Source: Atribacterota bacterium (GTDB taxonomy: Bacteria; Atribacterota; Phoenicimicrobiia; Phoenicimicrobiales; Stramentimicrobiaceae). From it: a stretch of DNA of 64,000 nt. The stretch spans positions 52,269-116,268 of the forward strand of contig JAQUNC010000001.1 of NCBI GenBank assembly GCA_028717805.1, written 5' to 3'. Shown here piece after piece: positions 1 through 11,337 of this stretch (position 1 is the first letter of the stretch; each line of letters starts with the position of its first letter). The notes under the pieces were generated by a model that was given only the letters and a program-made list of their open reading frames with translations, ran no database searches and was not told the origin of the DNA. The translations under genes were made by a program, and so were the position numbers.

Positions 1-341
1 TTATAAACAATTTAAGAAAATTAATACCAGCTAAAAAAATTATAGCTGTTCTTGGAGTCTTTCAAGATAAGGATTATCCTACCATTATAAAAACTATTGT
101 TCCCAGAGTTAACCAGGTTATTCTTACTATGGCTGATAATCCACGTGCTACACCCACCTCGATATTAGCTAAAGAAGCTCAGCGTTATATAAATAAAGAA
201 AATATAGTAGAAACTAATAATGTTACTGCCGCTATTAATAAATCTCTTCAGATAGCCCGAGAAGATGAAGTAATTTGTATCACTGGTTCTTTGTATACAG
301 TAGGAGAAGCAAAAGCCTATTTTCTGAAAAGGAAAAAATAG
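1..341 (+). CDS. folC: Folylpolyglutamate synthase/dihydrofolate synthase FolC, C-terminal part (5' end lies outside the window)
   Basis: The frame is open from position 3. It translates to ...IAVLGVFQDKDYP...ICITGSLYTVGEAKAYF, which is typical of the Mur-ligase C-terminal domain of FolC. The track ORF 129..341 is the downstream Met in the same frame. Confidence 0.55.
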   Translation, partial: INNLRKLIPAKKIIAVLGVFQDKDYPTIIKTIVPRVNQVILTMADNPRATPTSILAKEAQRYINKENIVETNNVTAAINKSLQIAREDEVICITGSLYTVGEAKAYFLKRKK

Positions 342-356
342 AAAGGGGTAATAACC

Positions 357-986
357 TTGTTTATTTTATCCAGACAGGAGAAAATAATTTTATTATTTAT
401 TATTGCCGTCATAATCATAATCTTTGGCTGGAAACTATACCTTCAAGAAAAGAGCAGTATTTCCATCATTTCTGCTAACCAGGAGAATAAGGAGGTTAGT
501 CTAAGTACAGAAGAAAACACTAATGAGGGAATCTGTATTATTCATATTTCTGGAGCTGTTCAACAACCTGGTGTATACCAGCTTTCTAATGGTAAGCGTA
601 TAATTGATGCAGTAAAGGTAGCTGGGGGAGTAACAGAAAAGGCGAATCTTGATGCTGTTAATCTGGCAGCACATCTCCATGATGGTCAGATGATAATTAT
701 TCCTTATATTAGAGAAGGTGTAGATGACGATTTAAATGCTACAGTTGAGGAAAATTTAATTTCTCGAGGATATAATTCTTACCATAATAGTAGTTTATTA
801 AATATTAACATCGCAACTGCCCGGGAATTAGAATCATTACCAGGTATAGGCACTATTCTGGCAGAACGTATTGTGGAATATCGTAAAAATAATGGTATAT
901 TCCGCAAGGTAGAAGATATCAAGAATGTTCCAGGAATTGGTGAGAAAAAATACGAAGCTATGAAGGAGATGATTACAACCTATTAG
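357..986 (+). CDS. comEA: Competence protein ComEA (N-terminal TM helix, SLBB domain, tandem helix-hairpin-helix DNA-binding motifs)
   Basis: TTG start after a gaaagggg RBS. Motifs: ICIIHISGAVQQPGVYQL (SLBB) and LESLPGIGTILAERIVEYRKNNG...VPGIGEKKYEAM (HhH). Confidence 0.75.
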   Translation: MFILSRQEKIILLFIIAVIIIIFGWKLYLQEKSSISIISANQENKEVSLSTEENTNEGICIIHISGAVQQPGVYQLSNGKRIIDAVKVAGGVTEKANLDAVNLAAHLHDGQMIIIPYIREGVDDDLNATVEENLISRGYNSYHNSSLLNINIATARELESLPGIGTILAERIVEYRKNNGIFRKVEDIKNVPGIGEKKYEAMKEMITTY

Positions 987-1041
987 ACAGGTTAGACCAG
1001 GATATTTATTACCTGATTTTCAGGTACCGCTATTATCAATA

Positions 1042-3378
1042 TTGATATTTTATATAACAGGAATCATACTGCAAAGGAGTTTTATCTCTTTTAGCTATGA
1101 GTCAGTTTATCTATCTTGTCTGGTATTTCTGCTTTGCTTTATTTCTTATCGCATAGAATGGGATTTTACTGGTATTTTCTTACTCCTTTGTTTTATGTTA
1201 TTCGGGATATTAAATACTTCTTATCAAAGCCAGCCGCATGGCTCCAACCACATTTACCAGTTTGTCCATAGATCCGGATTTTTGACTGGCACCGTTCAGG
1301 AAGCTGAATATAAAGCAGATAATCAATATCAGGAAGTATTGATTTCTGCCCAATACTTTCAAGAGCAGAATAAATGTTATAATACCAAAGGTAAGGTGCT
1401 TCTAAGGATATATGGTGAAGGCGCCTCCCTACAAAATAGAGATTTGATTAAAGCGAGAGTTTTGTTACAAGAACCTACTCTACCTGGAAATTTTGGTGAG
1501 TTTAATTACCGAGAATATTTAACCAGAAAAAATATTTTTGTGATAGGCAGTATTAATATTGACCAAGTAGATTTTATGGGCAAAAGTAAGCAATTGGATT
1601 TATCCTATTTTCTAAATTATCTCAAAGATAAAGTGGAAAAAAATATTGATAAAATCTACCATTATCCCTATAGCCCTTTGATAAAGGCTATTATAACAGG
1701 AAAGAGAACAGAAATACCTCCGGAATGGGAACTTCTTTTTCAAGATGCTGGAATCATGCATATACTGGCAATCTCTGGACTACATGTTGGTATCGTTACC
1801 GCAGTTTTATTATATATTTTAAAATTGCTGCCCATTTTTAAAAGAAAAAACTTAAGTTGTTTTATTGTTATTATTTTCTTACTAGGGTATGCTGCCATAA
1901 CCGGTTTTCGTCCCTCAGTAATCAGGGCTACCATAATGTTTATTACTATTCTCCTAGCCAGATATGTCAATCGACCTTATCATCCTTACAATAGTCTTTA
2001 TTTGGCAGCTTTGATTTTATTATTTTATCAGCCTTTAATATTATTTGATGCCGGTTTTTTGCTTTCTTTCACAGTAACTTTTTTTATCATTTTCCTTTAC
2101 CCCATAGTAAAGGAACAATTAGGTTTTCTGCCTTATTGTATGTCTAAACCATTAGCAGTCTCCTCAGCTGCCTGGTTAGGGATGGCTCCACTGTCTGCCT
2201 ATTACTTTTATAAAATTTCTTATATTGCTATTTTTTCTAATTTGATTATAGTACCGTTGATAAGTATTATTTTAATTTTAGGATTAATTTCTGGTATATT
2301 ATCCTTTATATTCCTCTCCTGGGCAGGACTAATTGCTTTGTTAAATCAAATATTTGTAGAAATATTAATATATCTAGCAAGTCTGTTCTCTTCCTTACCA
2401 TTTGCTTATCGATATATAGCTCAACCACGATTGTATCAGATTATAAATTATTATTCTATTATATTTCTTATAGTTTACAGTAATTCATTATGGTTTAAGT
2501 TAAATACGATAAAAAAGAAAAAATTATTCTGGACTATAACTATCTCTGCAGTAACATATTTACTAATTCAATTTATATTTTCTTCAAATTTGCTTTCGGT
2601 TCACTTCATTAATGTAGGGCAGGGGGACTCTATTTTAATTCAAACCCCTTATAAGCAAAATATTTTAATTGATGGTGGAGGAACGCCTTTTAATGATTTT
2701 GACATTGGCAAACAGATAGTAATACCCTATTTGAGAAGATTGGGAATTGATAGAATTGATTTGTTGGTTCTCACCCATCCAGATATAGATCATTTAGAGG
2801 GATTACTTCCTATTTTAAGAGAAATAAAGGTAAATATGGTTATTGATAGTGGGATAACCAATCGGCATAATGCCTATCTGGAATTTATTTCTTTAATTAA
2901 AAAAGATGAAAATATCACTTATTATCAAGCAAGAGCAGATGATATTATCTGGTTGGGACCAGATCTGGAAATAATTGTCCTTAATTCTTTCAATCCACTA
3001 TCCTACAGTAATGAAAGTAATTTTAATAATCATTCAATTGTGTTAAAATTACTTTATAAAAATGCCAGTTTCTTGTTTACTGGTGATATTGAAGAAAAAG
3101 TTGAAATTGATTTATTATCCCGGAAGAACTTGTTAAGAAGTGGTATATTGAAAGTCGCTCATCATGGAAGTATTACCTCAAGTACTGAATTATTTATGGA
3201 AAAGGTTCAACCAACAGTGGCTGTAATTTCAGTGGGTTTAAATAATTTTAATCACCCCCACGCGGAAGTAGTTAAAAGGTTGGAAGACCAATGTCAGCAA
3301 GTGTTTAGAACAGATAGGAATGGTACTATTTTGATAAGTAGCAATGGCCAGAAATACTATATAAATACTTTAAGGTAA
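1042..3378 (+). CDS. comEC: DNA internalization competence channel ComEC/Rec2 (polytopic membrane domain plus C-terminal metallo-beta-lactamase domain)
   Basis: 778 aa. It has many TM helices, the VHFINVGQGDSILIQTP...LVLTHPDIDH...VAHHGS MBL motifs, and sits directly after comEA. Confidence 0.85.
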   Translation: MIFYITGIILQRSFISFSYESVYLSCLVFLLCFISYRIEWDFTGIFLLLCFMLFGILNTSYQSQPHGSNHIYQFVHRSGFLTGTVQEAEYKADNQYQEVLISAQYFQEQNKCYNTKGKVLLRIYGEGASLQNRDLIKARVLLQEPTLPGNFGEFNYREYLTRKNIFVIGSINIDQVDFMGKSKQLDLSYFLNYLKDKVEKNIDKIYHYPYSPLIKAIITGKRTEIPPEWELLFQDAGIMHILAISGLHVGIVTAVLLYILKLLPIFKRKNLSCFIVIIFLLGYAAITGFRPSVIRATIMFITILLARYVNRPYHPYNSLYLAALILLFYQPLILFDAGFLLSFTVTFFIIFLYPIVKEQLGFLPYCMSKPLAVSSAAWLGMAPLSAYYFYKISYIAIFSNLIIVPLISIILILGLISGILSFIFLSWAGLIALLNQIFVEILIYLASLFSSLPFAYRYIAQPRLYQIINYYSIIFLIVYSNSLWFKLNTIKKKKLFWTITISAVTYLLIQFIFSSNLLSVHFINVGQGDSILIQTPYKQNILIDGGGTPFNDFDIGKQIVIPYLRRLGIDRIDLLVLTHPDIDHLEGLLPILREIKVNMVIDSGITNRHNAYLEFISLIKKDENITYYQARADDIIWLGPDLEIIVLNSFNPLSYSNESNFNNHSIVLKLLYKNASFLFTGDIEEKVEIDLLSRKNLLRSGILKVAHHGSITSSTELFMEKVQPTVAVISVGLNNFNHPHAEVVKRLEDQCQQVFRTDRNGTILISSNGQKYYINTLR

Positions 3379-3389
3379 GGACTAAAAAT

Positions 3390-4409
3390 ATGGTTACCAA
3401 ACTGAAGGCGTTAAATTTTTTTACTATTCAAAGAGAGATAGAAAATAATGTAGTTAAACCCATATACTTAATTTATGGAGAAGAAAATTATTTGCATAAT
3501 ATTATTCTTGATAAATTCAAAGAATACTTTTCCAAGTACCAAGAGCAGGTTAATTATAAAACATTCTTTGGGGAGGATTTAGATTTTAATCGTCTGGCTA
3601 ATTCACTACAAACTTTACCTCTTGGTGGTGGGATACAATGCATTATTATCAAACAGGCAGAACGAATAAAAGCTTCTTTATCTGAAAAATTATATTCCAC
3701 AATAGATAAGTTATCTTTTAAATATGATAATAATTTATTCCTTTTACTTTTTAGCAATGATAAGAAAATCCCTCAACATATAAATACCGAAAAAATAACT
3801 AATTATGGCTCAATCGTTTCCTTGCCCAAACTGAATACATTTCAGACTAAGCAATGGATAAAACAGAAATGTCAGGATAATCAAAAAGAGATAAACGAGG
3901 AAGCTATCTATTATCTGCAAAGAATAACCGAAAATGATTTTGGTCAGATTAGCAATGAGCTGGATAAATTATTTTGTTTTTTGGGGGATTCTACTAATAA
4001 AATAAATAAAGATGATATTATTAAAAACTTGTATGGACTTCAAGAAGGGAATATTTTTGATTTTGTAGATGCGGTAGGGGAACGGAAAACTGGAGAGTCC
4101 TTATTTTTGCTTAGAAAATTAATGAATAACGGTGAATATCATCCTTTGCAAATTTTGGCTATGCTTAATCGCCAGATAAAATTTATTTTCAAGGCAAAAA
4201 TATTTTCCGATAATTATAAAAAAATTAAGGGAGATATGAATCTCCCTCCTTTTGTGATAAAAAAATTGATCACGCAGTCTAAAAAATATAAACTGCATGA
4301 ATTGAAAAAAGCTTATCACTATTTACTAAAAGCTGAAATTAGTCTGAAAACAAGTTCCTTACCATCTGGTATAGTGCTGGAGCAATTAGTAATGAAAATA
4401 ATCAAATGA
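3390..4409 (+). CDS. holA: DNA polymerase III delta subunit HolA
   Basis: 339 aa with an IYLIYGEENYL N-terminus and the typical comEC-holA synteny. It diverges from rpsT (ribosomal protein S20) on the opposite strand. Confidence 0.7.
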   Translation: MVTKLKALNFFTIQREIENNVVKPIYLIYGEENYLHNIILDKFKEYFSKYQEQVNYKTFFGEDLDFNRLANSLQTLPLGGGIQCIIIKQAERIKASLSEKLYSTIDKLSFKYDNNLFLLLFSNDKKIPQHINTEKITNYGSIVSLPKLNTFQTKQWIKQKCQDNQKEINEEAIYYLQRITENDFGQISNELDKLFCFLGDSTNKINKDDIIKNLYGLQEGNIFDFVDAVGERKTGESLFLLRKLMNNGEYHPLQILAMLNRQIKFIFKAKIFSDNYKKIKGDMNLPPFVIKKLITQSKKYKLHELKKAYHYLLKAEISLKTSSLPSGIVLEQLVMKIIK

Positions 4410-4416
4410 AACAGGC

Positions 4417-4722
4417 TTATTTCTTTTCGTCATCCTGATTAGTTACAGTTTTAGCGCTTTGTGCCTGAAGTTTAAATTTTTTTGATAGTAAGGATTTCTT
4501 TCTGGCAACAGTATTTTTTGCTAGAATACCTTTTTGAGCAGCTTTGTCCAGAGCAGATACACATTGATTGTAATATTGCTGAAGAACATCATTGTTTTCA
4601 GTGCTAAGAGAATTTTCAAATTTTTTAATCAATGTTTTTACTTTGGATTTATAAGCAAAATTTCTTTGATGTTGTTTTTCCGAAATTTTGACTCTTTTTA
4701 TTGCTGACTTTATTATTGGCAT
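4417..4722 (-). CDS. rpsT: 30S ribosomal protein S20
   Basis: 101 aa, basic, alpha-helical, starting MPIIKSAIKRVKISEKQHQRN. It is the only minus-strand gene in the first 43 kb. Confidence 0.85.
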   Translation of the reverse strand: MPIIKSAIKRVKISEKQHQRNFAYKSKVKTLIKKFENSLSTENNDVLQQYYNQCVSALDKAAQKGILAKNTVARKKSLLSKKFKLQAQSAKTVTNQDDEKK

Positions 4723-4833
4723 AATTGGCTTCCTTTCTGAAAGTTTTTGCTGGTAAATTGTAACATCTTTTCAAATTAAAATCAAGAAGCAATAAGCTAA
4801 ATAGTTCTTATATTACAATTGTGGAGATAAAAG

Positions 4834-6441
4834 ATGACTAATAGTAATTTATGGATTGCTAGATATACCGGTATAGTAATGATAGCAACTTTATTATGCC
4901 GCATTCTGGGTTTAGGTAGAGAGATGGTAATTTCTAATCAATTTGGAGCTGGTTTTGAAACCGATGCTTTTTTTATAGCTTTTATGATTCCCAATCTATT
5001 AAGAAGTATTATTGGAGAGGGAGCTTTAAATACCGCCTTTGTGCCTATTTTTTCAGGATGTCTAACCAATCAGAATAAGCAAAAAGCAGATGCTTTTGCC
5101 AGTAATGTAATAAATCTCTTAATCATAGCTCTGGTGATTATTATAGCTCTGGGTATCTGGGGTGCACCAATCATTGTAGATATTGTAGCAAGTGGATTTA
5201 AACAATCTCCCGAAAAATACATCTTAACCATTCGCTTGACTAAAATTATGTTTCCATATATAGGTTTTGCAGCTCTTGCTGCTTTGTTTATGGGGATTTT
5301 AAATTCTTATCGAGAATATTTTCTTCCGGCTTTAGCTCCAGCAATGTTAAATATAGGCATTATCTTCTTTGCTTTGTTTTACGCTAATAAAGTTGGTATT
5401 TATAGTCTGGCTTTAGGGGTAATGATTGGTGGATTAGTGCAGGTACTAATACATATCCCTTCCTTATTTAAAAAAAAGTTTCATTATCAAATAAACTTAA
5501 ATATTCATGACCAGGAAGTCCAGATGCTTTTTCAGATGTTAATTCCGGCTATTTTTGGTTTAGCAATTGATAAGATTAATTTTGTTGTGGATCGTATTAT
5601 TGCTTCTTATCTGGCTCATGGAAGTATATCAGCTTTGTATTATGCTAATCGACTTATGCAGTTCCCCCTTGGTGTTTTTGGTATAGCACTTTCTATTGCT
5701 ATTCTGCCTACACTTTCCAGACATGTTGCCAAAGGGCAACTAACGAAAATGAAGGATAGCTTCGCCTTTGGTTTTAAACTCCTTTCTTTTTTTACCTTGC
5801 CTTCTACGGTAGGGTTAATTGTGCTAAGCTATCCTATTGTTCGACTATTTTACGAACATGGTTTATTTAGCTCTCAGGATACTTCTATTACAGAGGTAGC
5901 ACTGGTTTGTTATACTATTGGCCTTTTTGCTACCGCTATTTTGAGATTGGTAATAAGTTCATTCTATGCTTTAAAAGATACCAGAACACCACTTCGAATA
6001 GGTATTTTTGTAGTAGTCTTTAATATCATACTAGATTTAATTCTGGTACGTTTTTTAGCACATGCTGGAATAGCATTAGCAACATCCGTTTCGGCTATTT
6101 TACATCTCCTTATTCTAAGTATTTCCTTAGAGAAGAAAGTTAATGGCATTTACAAAAGGGAATTATGGGTATTTTTTAGTAAAACAGTCCTGTCCTGTCT
6201 GGTAATGGCATTAACCTGCTGGGGCTGTGCCCGCTATTTTGATTTTAGATATGATATGAGTCTAAAAATATTTCAAGTAGGTCAGGTGTTGATTTCCGGC
6301 CTGCTTGGTGTAATAGTATATTATTTTAGTGGTATAATAATGGGTATCCCAGAGTTTAGGAATGCCAGACAGATTATTAAGACTATTATTAGTAGAAAGA
6401 TGAAGGAAACAGAAGATAATGACTATCAATCAGATGATTGA
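4834..6441 (+). CDS. murJ: Lipid II flippase MurJ (MviN)
   Basis: 535 aa with 14 predicted TM segments and the conserved N-terminal [19 protein letters not shown] motif. Confidence 0.85.
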   Translation: MTNSNLWIARYTGIVMIATLLCRILGLGREMVISNQFGAGFETDAFFIAFMIPNLLRSIIGEGALNTAFVPIFSGCLTNQNKQKADAFASNVINLLIIALVIIIALGIWGAPIIVDIVASGFKQSPEKYILTIRLTKIMFPYIGFAALAALFMGILNSYREYFLPALAPAMLNIGIIFFALFYANKVGIYSLALGVMIGGLVQVLIHIPSLFKKKFHYQINLNIHDQEVQMLFQMLIPAIFGLAIDKINFVVDRIIASYLAHGSISALYYANRLMQFPLGVFGIALSIAILPTLSRHVAKGQLTKMKDSFAFGFKLLSFFTLPSTVGLIVLSYPIVRLFYEHGLFSSQDTSITEVALVCYTIGLFATAILRLVISSFYALKDTRTPLRIGIFVVVFNIILDLILVRFLAHAGIALATSVSAILHLLILSISLEKKVNGIYKRELWVFFSKTVLSCLVMALTCWGCARYFDFRYDMSLKIFQVGQVLISGLLGVIVYYFSGIIMGIPEFRNARQIIKTIISRKMKETEDNDYQSDD

Positions 6442-8233
6442 AATTGATGATATTCGTAATTTTTCTATTATAGCCCATATTGATCATGGGAAATCTACCA
6501 TTGCTGATCGTATCTTGGAACTTACTGAGGCTATCAGCCAAAGGGAAAAGAGGGAGCAGATTCTTGATAATATGGATTTAGAAAGAGAAAAGGGTATTAC
6601 CATAAAATCAAAAGCAGTCCGACTATCCTACAAAGGATTAAATGGTCGGCAATATGTATTTAATTTGATTGACACTCCCGGTCATGTTGATTTTTCTTAT
6701 GAAGTTTCTCGCAGTTTAGCAGCCTGTGAAGGTGCTTTGTTGGTAGTTGATGCAGCTCAGGGCGTTCAAGCCCAAACAATTTCCAATGTTCAGATGGCTT
6801 TAGAAAATAATTTGTCCATTATACCCGTTATTAATAAAATTGATTTGCCAACAGCTGATCCGGAAAAAGTTAGTAAAGAGATTAAAAAAATTAAAGGATT
6901 AGAAAATAATCCAATATTTCTAGCTAGCGCCAAAGATGGTACCGGAATAAGAGAGATAATGGAAGCAATTATCAAGTATATTCCTCATCCCAATGGTAGC
7001 CTGGAAAAACCATTACAAGCACTGATTTTTGATTCAGTTTATAATTCCTATCAAGGATCTATCGTTTATGTCAGAATTGTAAATGGTTTAGTTACACCAG
7101 GTATGAAAATCCAGACTATGTCCAATAAAAAGAACTATGAAGTAAGTGAAGTGGGTGTTTTTACTCCAAAAAAGAAAAAAGCAGAACAGCTTTCTGTAGG
7201 AGAGGTAGGCTATCTAACAGCTGGATTTAAAGATATAAATTTAACCAAAGTTGGTGACACTATTACCAATACCGATCATCCAGCTGCTCAACAATTACCT
7301 GGTTATAAAAAGGTTATACCAGTTGTTTTTTGTAGCTTTTATCCAGTTGAAAACGATGACTATCATAATCTTAAATATGCTTTAGAAAAGTTAAGTCTAA
7401 ATGACTCCGCCATTAGTTATTTACCTGAAAATTCACCTGCCTTAGGATTTGGTTTTCGATGTGGCTTTCTGGGTTTACTTCATATGGAAATCATTCAGGA
7501 AAGACTGGAACGAGAATACAAAATCCAATTGATTGCCACAACTCCCAGTGTTTTATATCGTGTTCATTTGAAGAATAAACAAGTTATAGAAATAAATAAT
7601 CCTTCCTCATTACCTGAGATTAATTTAATTGACTATATTGAAGAACTGTTTATAGAATTGACCATGATTTCTCCCGGCCAATTTTTAGGTGGAATAATGG
7701 AATTGTTGCAAGATAGAAGAGGAATATTTAAAAATTTAGAATATCTTGATAAGAATAGGGCTCGATTGTTATATCATTTACCTTTAAATGAAATTATGCT
7801 TGATTTTTATGATCGTATTAAATCTATTAGCAAAGGATATGCCAGTATAGATTATCATGTTATAGAATATCAGACATCCCCATTGATAAAGGTTGATTTA
7901 TTAGTCAATCAAGAAGTAGTTGATAATCTATCATTCATTTGCCATAAAGATAAGGCTTATGAGCGAGCCCGGAAACTGGTTGATAATTTGAAAACAGTCA
8001 TTCCTCGTCAATTATTTGATGTACCTATTCAAGCTAGTATAAATCATAAAATAATTGCTCGATCTACTGTGAAAGCATTAAAGAAGAATGTTCTGGCGAA
8101 ATGCTATGGAGGGGATATTACCAGAAAAAGAAAATTATTAGAAAAACAGAAAGCTGGTAAAAAAAGAATGAAAAGAATAGGGAAGGTGGAGATTCCCCAG
8201 GAAGCATTTATGAGTGTTTTAAAAATTGATTAG
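6419..8233 (+). CDS. lepA: Elongation factor 4 (LepA)
   Basis: [24 protein letters not shown]-domain and DTPGHVDF motifs, 604 aa. It overlaps murJ by 23 bp. Confidence 0.95.
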   Translation: MTINQMIEIDDIRNFSIIAHIDHGKSTIADRILELTEAISQREKREQILDNMDLEREKGITIKSKAVRLSYKGLNGRQYVFNLIDTPGHVDFSYEVSRSLAACEGALLVVDAAQGVQAQTISNVQMALENNLSIIPVINKIDLPTADPEKVSKEIKKIKGLENNPIFLASAKDGTGIREIMEAIIKYIPHPNGSLEKPLQALIFDSVYNSYQGSIVYVRIVNGLVTPGMKIQTMSNKKNYEVSEVGVFTPKKKKAEQLSVGEVGYLTAGFKDINLTKVGDTITNTDHPAAQQLPGYKKVIPVVFCSFYPVENDDYHNLKYALEKLSLNDSAISYLPENSPALGFGFRCGFLGLLHMEIIQERLEREYKIQLIATTPSVLYRVHLKNKQVIEINNPSSLPEINLIDYIEELFIELTMISPGQFLGGIMELLQDRRGIFKNLEYLDKNRARLLYHLPLNEIMLDFYDRIKSISKGYASIDYHVIEYQTSPLIKVDLLVNQEVVDNLSFICHKDKAYERARKLVDNLKTVIPRQLFDVPIQASINHKIIARSTVKALKKNVLAKCYGGDITRKRKLLEKQKAGKKRMKRIGKVEIPQEAFMSVLKID

Positions 8234-8252
8234 ACTTTTTTAAAATCTTACC

Positions 8253-9401
8253 ATGAGTATTAATAAAAGTATTGGTTTATATGTTCATATACCATTCTGT
8301 TTTTCAAAATGCCCTTATTGTGATTTTTTTTCTATTGTTACTGACAATAAGCAGTTAAAGAAAAATTATCTCTTGGCATTAAGACAGGAGATGGAAATTT
8401 ATAGTCAGAAAAATAAAGATATTGAAATTATATCAATTTATTTAGGCGGAGGAACTCCCACTGCTTTGGAAGGGATACAATTAAAAGAAATACTGGCTTC
8501 CTGTTACAGTAATTTTCACATAAAAAAGGGGATAGAAATTACCGTTGAAGGTAATCCTGGAACTATAGATAATGAGAAAATCAAAATGTTATTACAGGCA
8601 GGGGTAAATAGAATTAGTTTAGGAGCCCAATCTTTTAATAATAGAGTATTAAAGAAGATTGGAAGAATACATACTAAAAAAGATATTATGATTTCTTATC
8701 AATTAGCTAGAGAAGCTGGATATAAGAATATTAATCTTGATATTATGTTTGGTTTGCCGGGACAGAGCAAGACGGAATTCGAGCAAACATTAGATGAAGT
8801 AGTTCTACTAAAACCAGAACACATATCTCTCTATGCTCTTTCGGTGGAGCCAGGAACTCCTTTAGAATATTTAGTGAAAAAAGGTAAAATGAAACTTCCT
8901 TCTGATGATTTTAGTAACGAATTATTTTTAAGAGCAATTAATATTCTGGGTGAATATGGTTATGAACATTATGAAATATCCAATTTTGCTTTACCAGGAA
9001 GAAAGTGTTTTCATAATCAGATTTACTGGAAAAACCAGTCTTATTTGGGAATTGGAGCTGGAGCATCTTCTTATATAGATAATAAAAGGTATCAAAATTA
9101 TCGCGACTTGAGTGAATATGTTTTTCTTCTGGAACATGGTATGTTACCAATAGAATTTCAAGAAGTACTCTCCTGGAAGGAAAGGATGGTTGAAACAATA
9201 ATTTTAGAATTAAGGATGATGGAGGGATTGTCGAAAAATGATTTTTTGATAAAATTCAATATACCAGTAGAGAAAATATTCTGTAAACCCTTACAAATTT
9301 TGATAAAACAGGGTTTATTAGAAGAGAATGAAACCAGTTATTTTCTTACTACCAAGGGGATCTCGCTGGCAAATAATGTATTTATGGAATTTATAGATTG
9401 A
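8253..9401 (+). CDS. hemW: Radical SAM heme chaperone HemW (coproporphyrinogen III oxidase-like)
   Basis: CxxxCxxC motif YVHIPFCFSKCPYCDF, 382 aa, with the lepA-hemW synteny common in Firmicutes-like genomes. Confidence 0.85.
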   Translation: MSINKSIGLYVHIPFCFSKCPYCDFFSIVTDNKQLKKNYLLALRQEMEIYSQKNKDIEIISIYLGGGTPTALEGIQLKEILASCYSNFHIKKGIEITVEGNPGTIDNEKIKMLLQAGVNRISLGAQSFNNRVLKKIGRIHTKKDIMISYQLAREAGYKNINLDIMFGLPGQSKTEFEQTLDEVVLLKPEHISLYALSVEPGTPLEYLVKKGKMKLPSDDFSNELFLRAINILGEYGYEHYEISNFALPGRKCFHNQIYWKNQSYLGIGAGASSYIDNKRYQNYRDLSEYVFLLEHGMLPIEFQEVLSWKERMVETIILELRMMEGLSKNDFLIKFNIPVEKIFCKPLQILIKQGLLEENETSYFLTTKGISLANNVFMEFID

Positions 9402-9446
9402 AATATTTTTATCGTATATTTTAATATGTTCTTTCAGAAAGAAGTA

Positions 9447-9475
9447 TTGACAAAAAGTTTGTTGAGTGCTATCTT
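9447..9475 (+). promoter_or_regulatory. Sigma-A type promoter of the hrcA operon: TTGACA, 17-bp spacer, TGcTATCTT extended -10
   Basis: -35 TTGACA at 9447-9452; -10 TATCTT at 9470-9475 preceded by TG at 9467-9468. It lies immediately upstream of CIRCE. Confidence 0.5.
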
Positions 9476-9485
9476 AAATAAGAAA

Positions 9486-9512
9486 TTAGCACTCTCGGTC
9501 TTAGAGTGCTAA
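9486..9512 (+). promoter_or_regulatory. CIRCE operator (HrcA binding site), perfect consensus TTAGCACTC-N9-GAGTGCTAA
   Basis: The sequence reads TTAGCACTCtcggtcttaGAGTGCTAA exactly. It lies between the promoter and the hrcA RBS. Confidence 0.92.
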
Positions 9513-9527
9513 TTTGAGGTGATAATA

Positions 9528-10553
9528 ATGATAATAAATATTAGGATGAGTAATATCTTAAATGCTGTAGTGCATCTTTATATTACTAAAGCAGAACCTG
9601 TTAGCTCAGAAATGATTGTTTCTTATTACGATTTGCCCATTAGTACGGCAACTGTTCGCAATGATCTGCTGGTACTGGAAAAACTTGGCTTTTTGAAAAA
9701 ACCACATACCTCAGCAGGACGTGTGCCAACGGATAAAGGCTATCGCTTTTATGTAGACCAATTAATGGAAAAAGAAATTGACTATCTGACCGATAGAGAG
9801 AAACAAGAAATTATAGAACAATACAAAATGGTAAGAGATTACAATGAAATAATGAAGGTTACCTCTAAATTAATTTCCAGATTGACTAATAATCTAGGTG
9901 TGGTTCTAGCACCCAATATGGTAAAGGATACTTTAAGAGATATCCATTTTATTGCCTTAAATAATCAACGTATTTTGATAACTTTGGTTACTAATAGTGG
10001 TTTGTTTTTTCAAAAAATGATGAGAACTAATTGTGATATTTCTGAAGAAAATTTAGAAACCATTTCCCAGATTATAAAGAAGGAATTCTATGGTAAAAGT
10101 TTGGAAATAGTTAATGAAGAGATGTTGAACCAAATTTATCGTTATTATTTTAAATATCAGACTTTGGAATCAATCTGGAAATTGCTTGAAAGCTGTTTTA
10201 ATTTTACTGAAGATGAAGCGAAGATTTTTTTAGGCAATCGTAGTTATATATCACGGCAACCAGAATTCAAGGAAATTGAAAAATTAAATTATCTTTTTGA
10301 TTTTATTGAGGAAGAAAAGAATCTGGTTAAAATTATCAATAAATCCATTTTAAAAAAACAGATTGACATTATTATTGGCAGTGAACTGGGACAAGAGCTT
10401 ATGGAGAATTGTAGTGTAATTACCAGGCAATACCTCATCAAAGGGAAAATGAGAGGAGCTATTAGTGTTTTAGGACCTACAAGAATGGATTATTCCAAAT
10501 CTGTTTCTATCCTGGATTTTATTGCTGATCAGTTAAGTGAAATATTATCCTGA
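9528..10553 (+). CDS. hrcA: Heat-inducible transcription repressor HrcA
   Basis: The winged-helix N-terminus is ...ISTATVRNDLLVLEKLGFLKKPHTSAGRVPTDKGYRFYV. The six-frame ORF begins at GTG 9519. I place the start at ATG 9528, 7 nt after GAGG, so the start is uncertain by 3 codons. Confidence 0.85.
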   Translation: MIINIRMSNILNAVVHLYITKAEPVSSEMIVSYYDLPISTATVRNDLLVLEKLGFLKKPHTSAGRVPTDKGYRFYVDQLMEKEIDYLTDREKQEIIEQYKMVRDYNEIMKVTSKLISRLTNNLGVVLAPNMVKDTLRDIHFIALNNQRILITLVTNSGLFFQKMMRTNCDISEENLETISQIIKKEFYGKSLEIVNEEMLNQIYRYYFKYQTLESIWKLLESCFNFTEDEAKIFLGNRSYISRQPEFKEIEKLNYLFDFIEEEKNLVKIINKSILKKQIDIIIGSELGQELMENCSVITRQYLIKGKMRGAISVLGPTRMDYSKSVSILDFIADQLSEILS

Positions 10554-10616
10554 TGAGATAGTTGAAGAGTAAATTTAGGGAAAATGTTATAACTGTGCTA
10601 TCAGTGGAGGTAAATA

Positions 10617-11297
10617 ATGGATCATAATGAACAGCAAAGAAAAGAATGCGAAGATGTAAGTGATATTCAAATAGAAAAATATAAGAAGATGAAAAAAACA
10701 GAACTTCTTACAGAAATAGTGTCCCGAGATAAGAATCTAAAAGAAGTTGAAGATAGTTTAAAAAAAACAGAAGCTGATCTTGAAAAAATGGGAGAGAATG
10801 AAAAAACTTATAAAGAACAATTAATCAGAATGCAAGCTGATTTTGAAAACTATAAAAAAAGAGAAGAAAAGAAAAAACTTGAATTTATGGAATATGCCAA
10901 GCAAGATTTAATCTGTCAACTACTATCTGTAGTTGACAATTTAGAAAGGGCTACTTCCTATACTAGTGAACAAAACAATGAAAAGTACTATGAAAATATT
11001 AAAGAAGGACTAAAGGGTATTTTAAAGAATTTTCAAAATATATTGGAAAAAGAAGGTCTTAAACCCATTAAGGCTGTAGGTACAAAATTTGATCCTTATT
11101 GTCATGAGGCTATTATACAGGTTGAATCTGACAAATTTCCTGAGGATACAGTTATTGAGGAACTTATTAAGGGATATTATTTAAAAGCAAAAGTACTTAG
11201 GCCCTCTGTAGTTAAGGTTTCCAAGGGTGTCAGTGAAAAGCAAAAGGAAACCGAAAATAAAGCTGAAGATTTCAATAAGGATGATACAAAAAAATGA
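10617..11297 (+). CDS. grpE: Nucleotide exchange factor GrpE
   Basis: 226 aa with a coiled-coil N-terminus, the C-terminal FDPYCHEAI motif, and a position between hrcA and dnaK. Confidence 0.9.
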   Translation: MDHNEQQRKECEDVSDIQIEKYKKMKKTELLTEIVSRDKNLKEVEDSLKKTEADLEKMGENEKTYKEQLIRMQADFENYKKREEKKKLEFMEYAKQDLICQLLSVVDNLERATSYTSEQNNEKYYENIKEGLKGILKNFQNILEKEGLKPIKAVGTKFDPYCHEAIIQVESDKFPEDTVIEELIKGYYLKAKVLRPSVVKVSKGVSEKQKETENKAEDFNKDDTKK

Positions 11298-11337
11298 TAA
11301 TTGTTATAAGGAATAAAATAAAAGGAGGAAATTAATT

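Noticed and set aside
1740-1970. Reverse-strand and alternate-frame ORFs of 60-100 aa embedded in well-supported genes, for example 1740..1970-, 3554..3757-, 13811..14122-, 18809..19194-, 25535..25835-, 45827..46135+, 49164..49379+, 60209..60830+
   Set aside because: All lie wholly inside conserved genes on the opposite strand or in another frame. They have low-complexity, hydrophobic or AT-codon-biased translations and no RBS. They are typical of spurious ORFs in AT-rich DNA.
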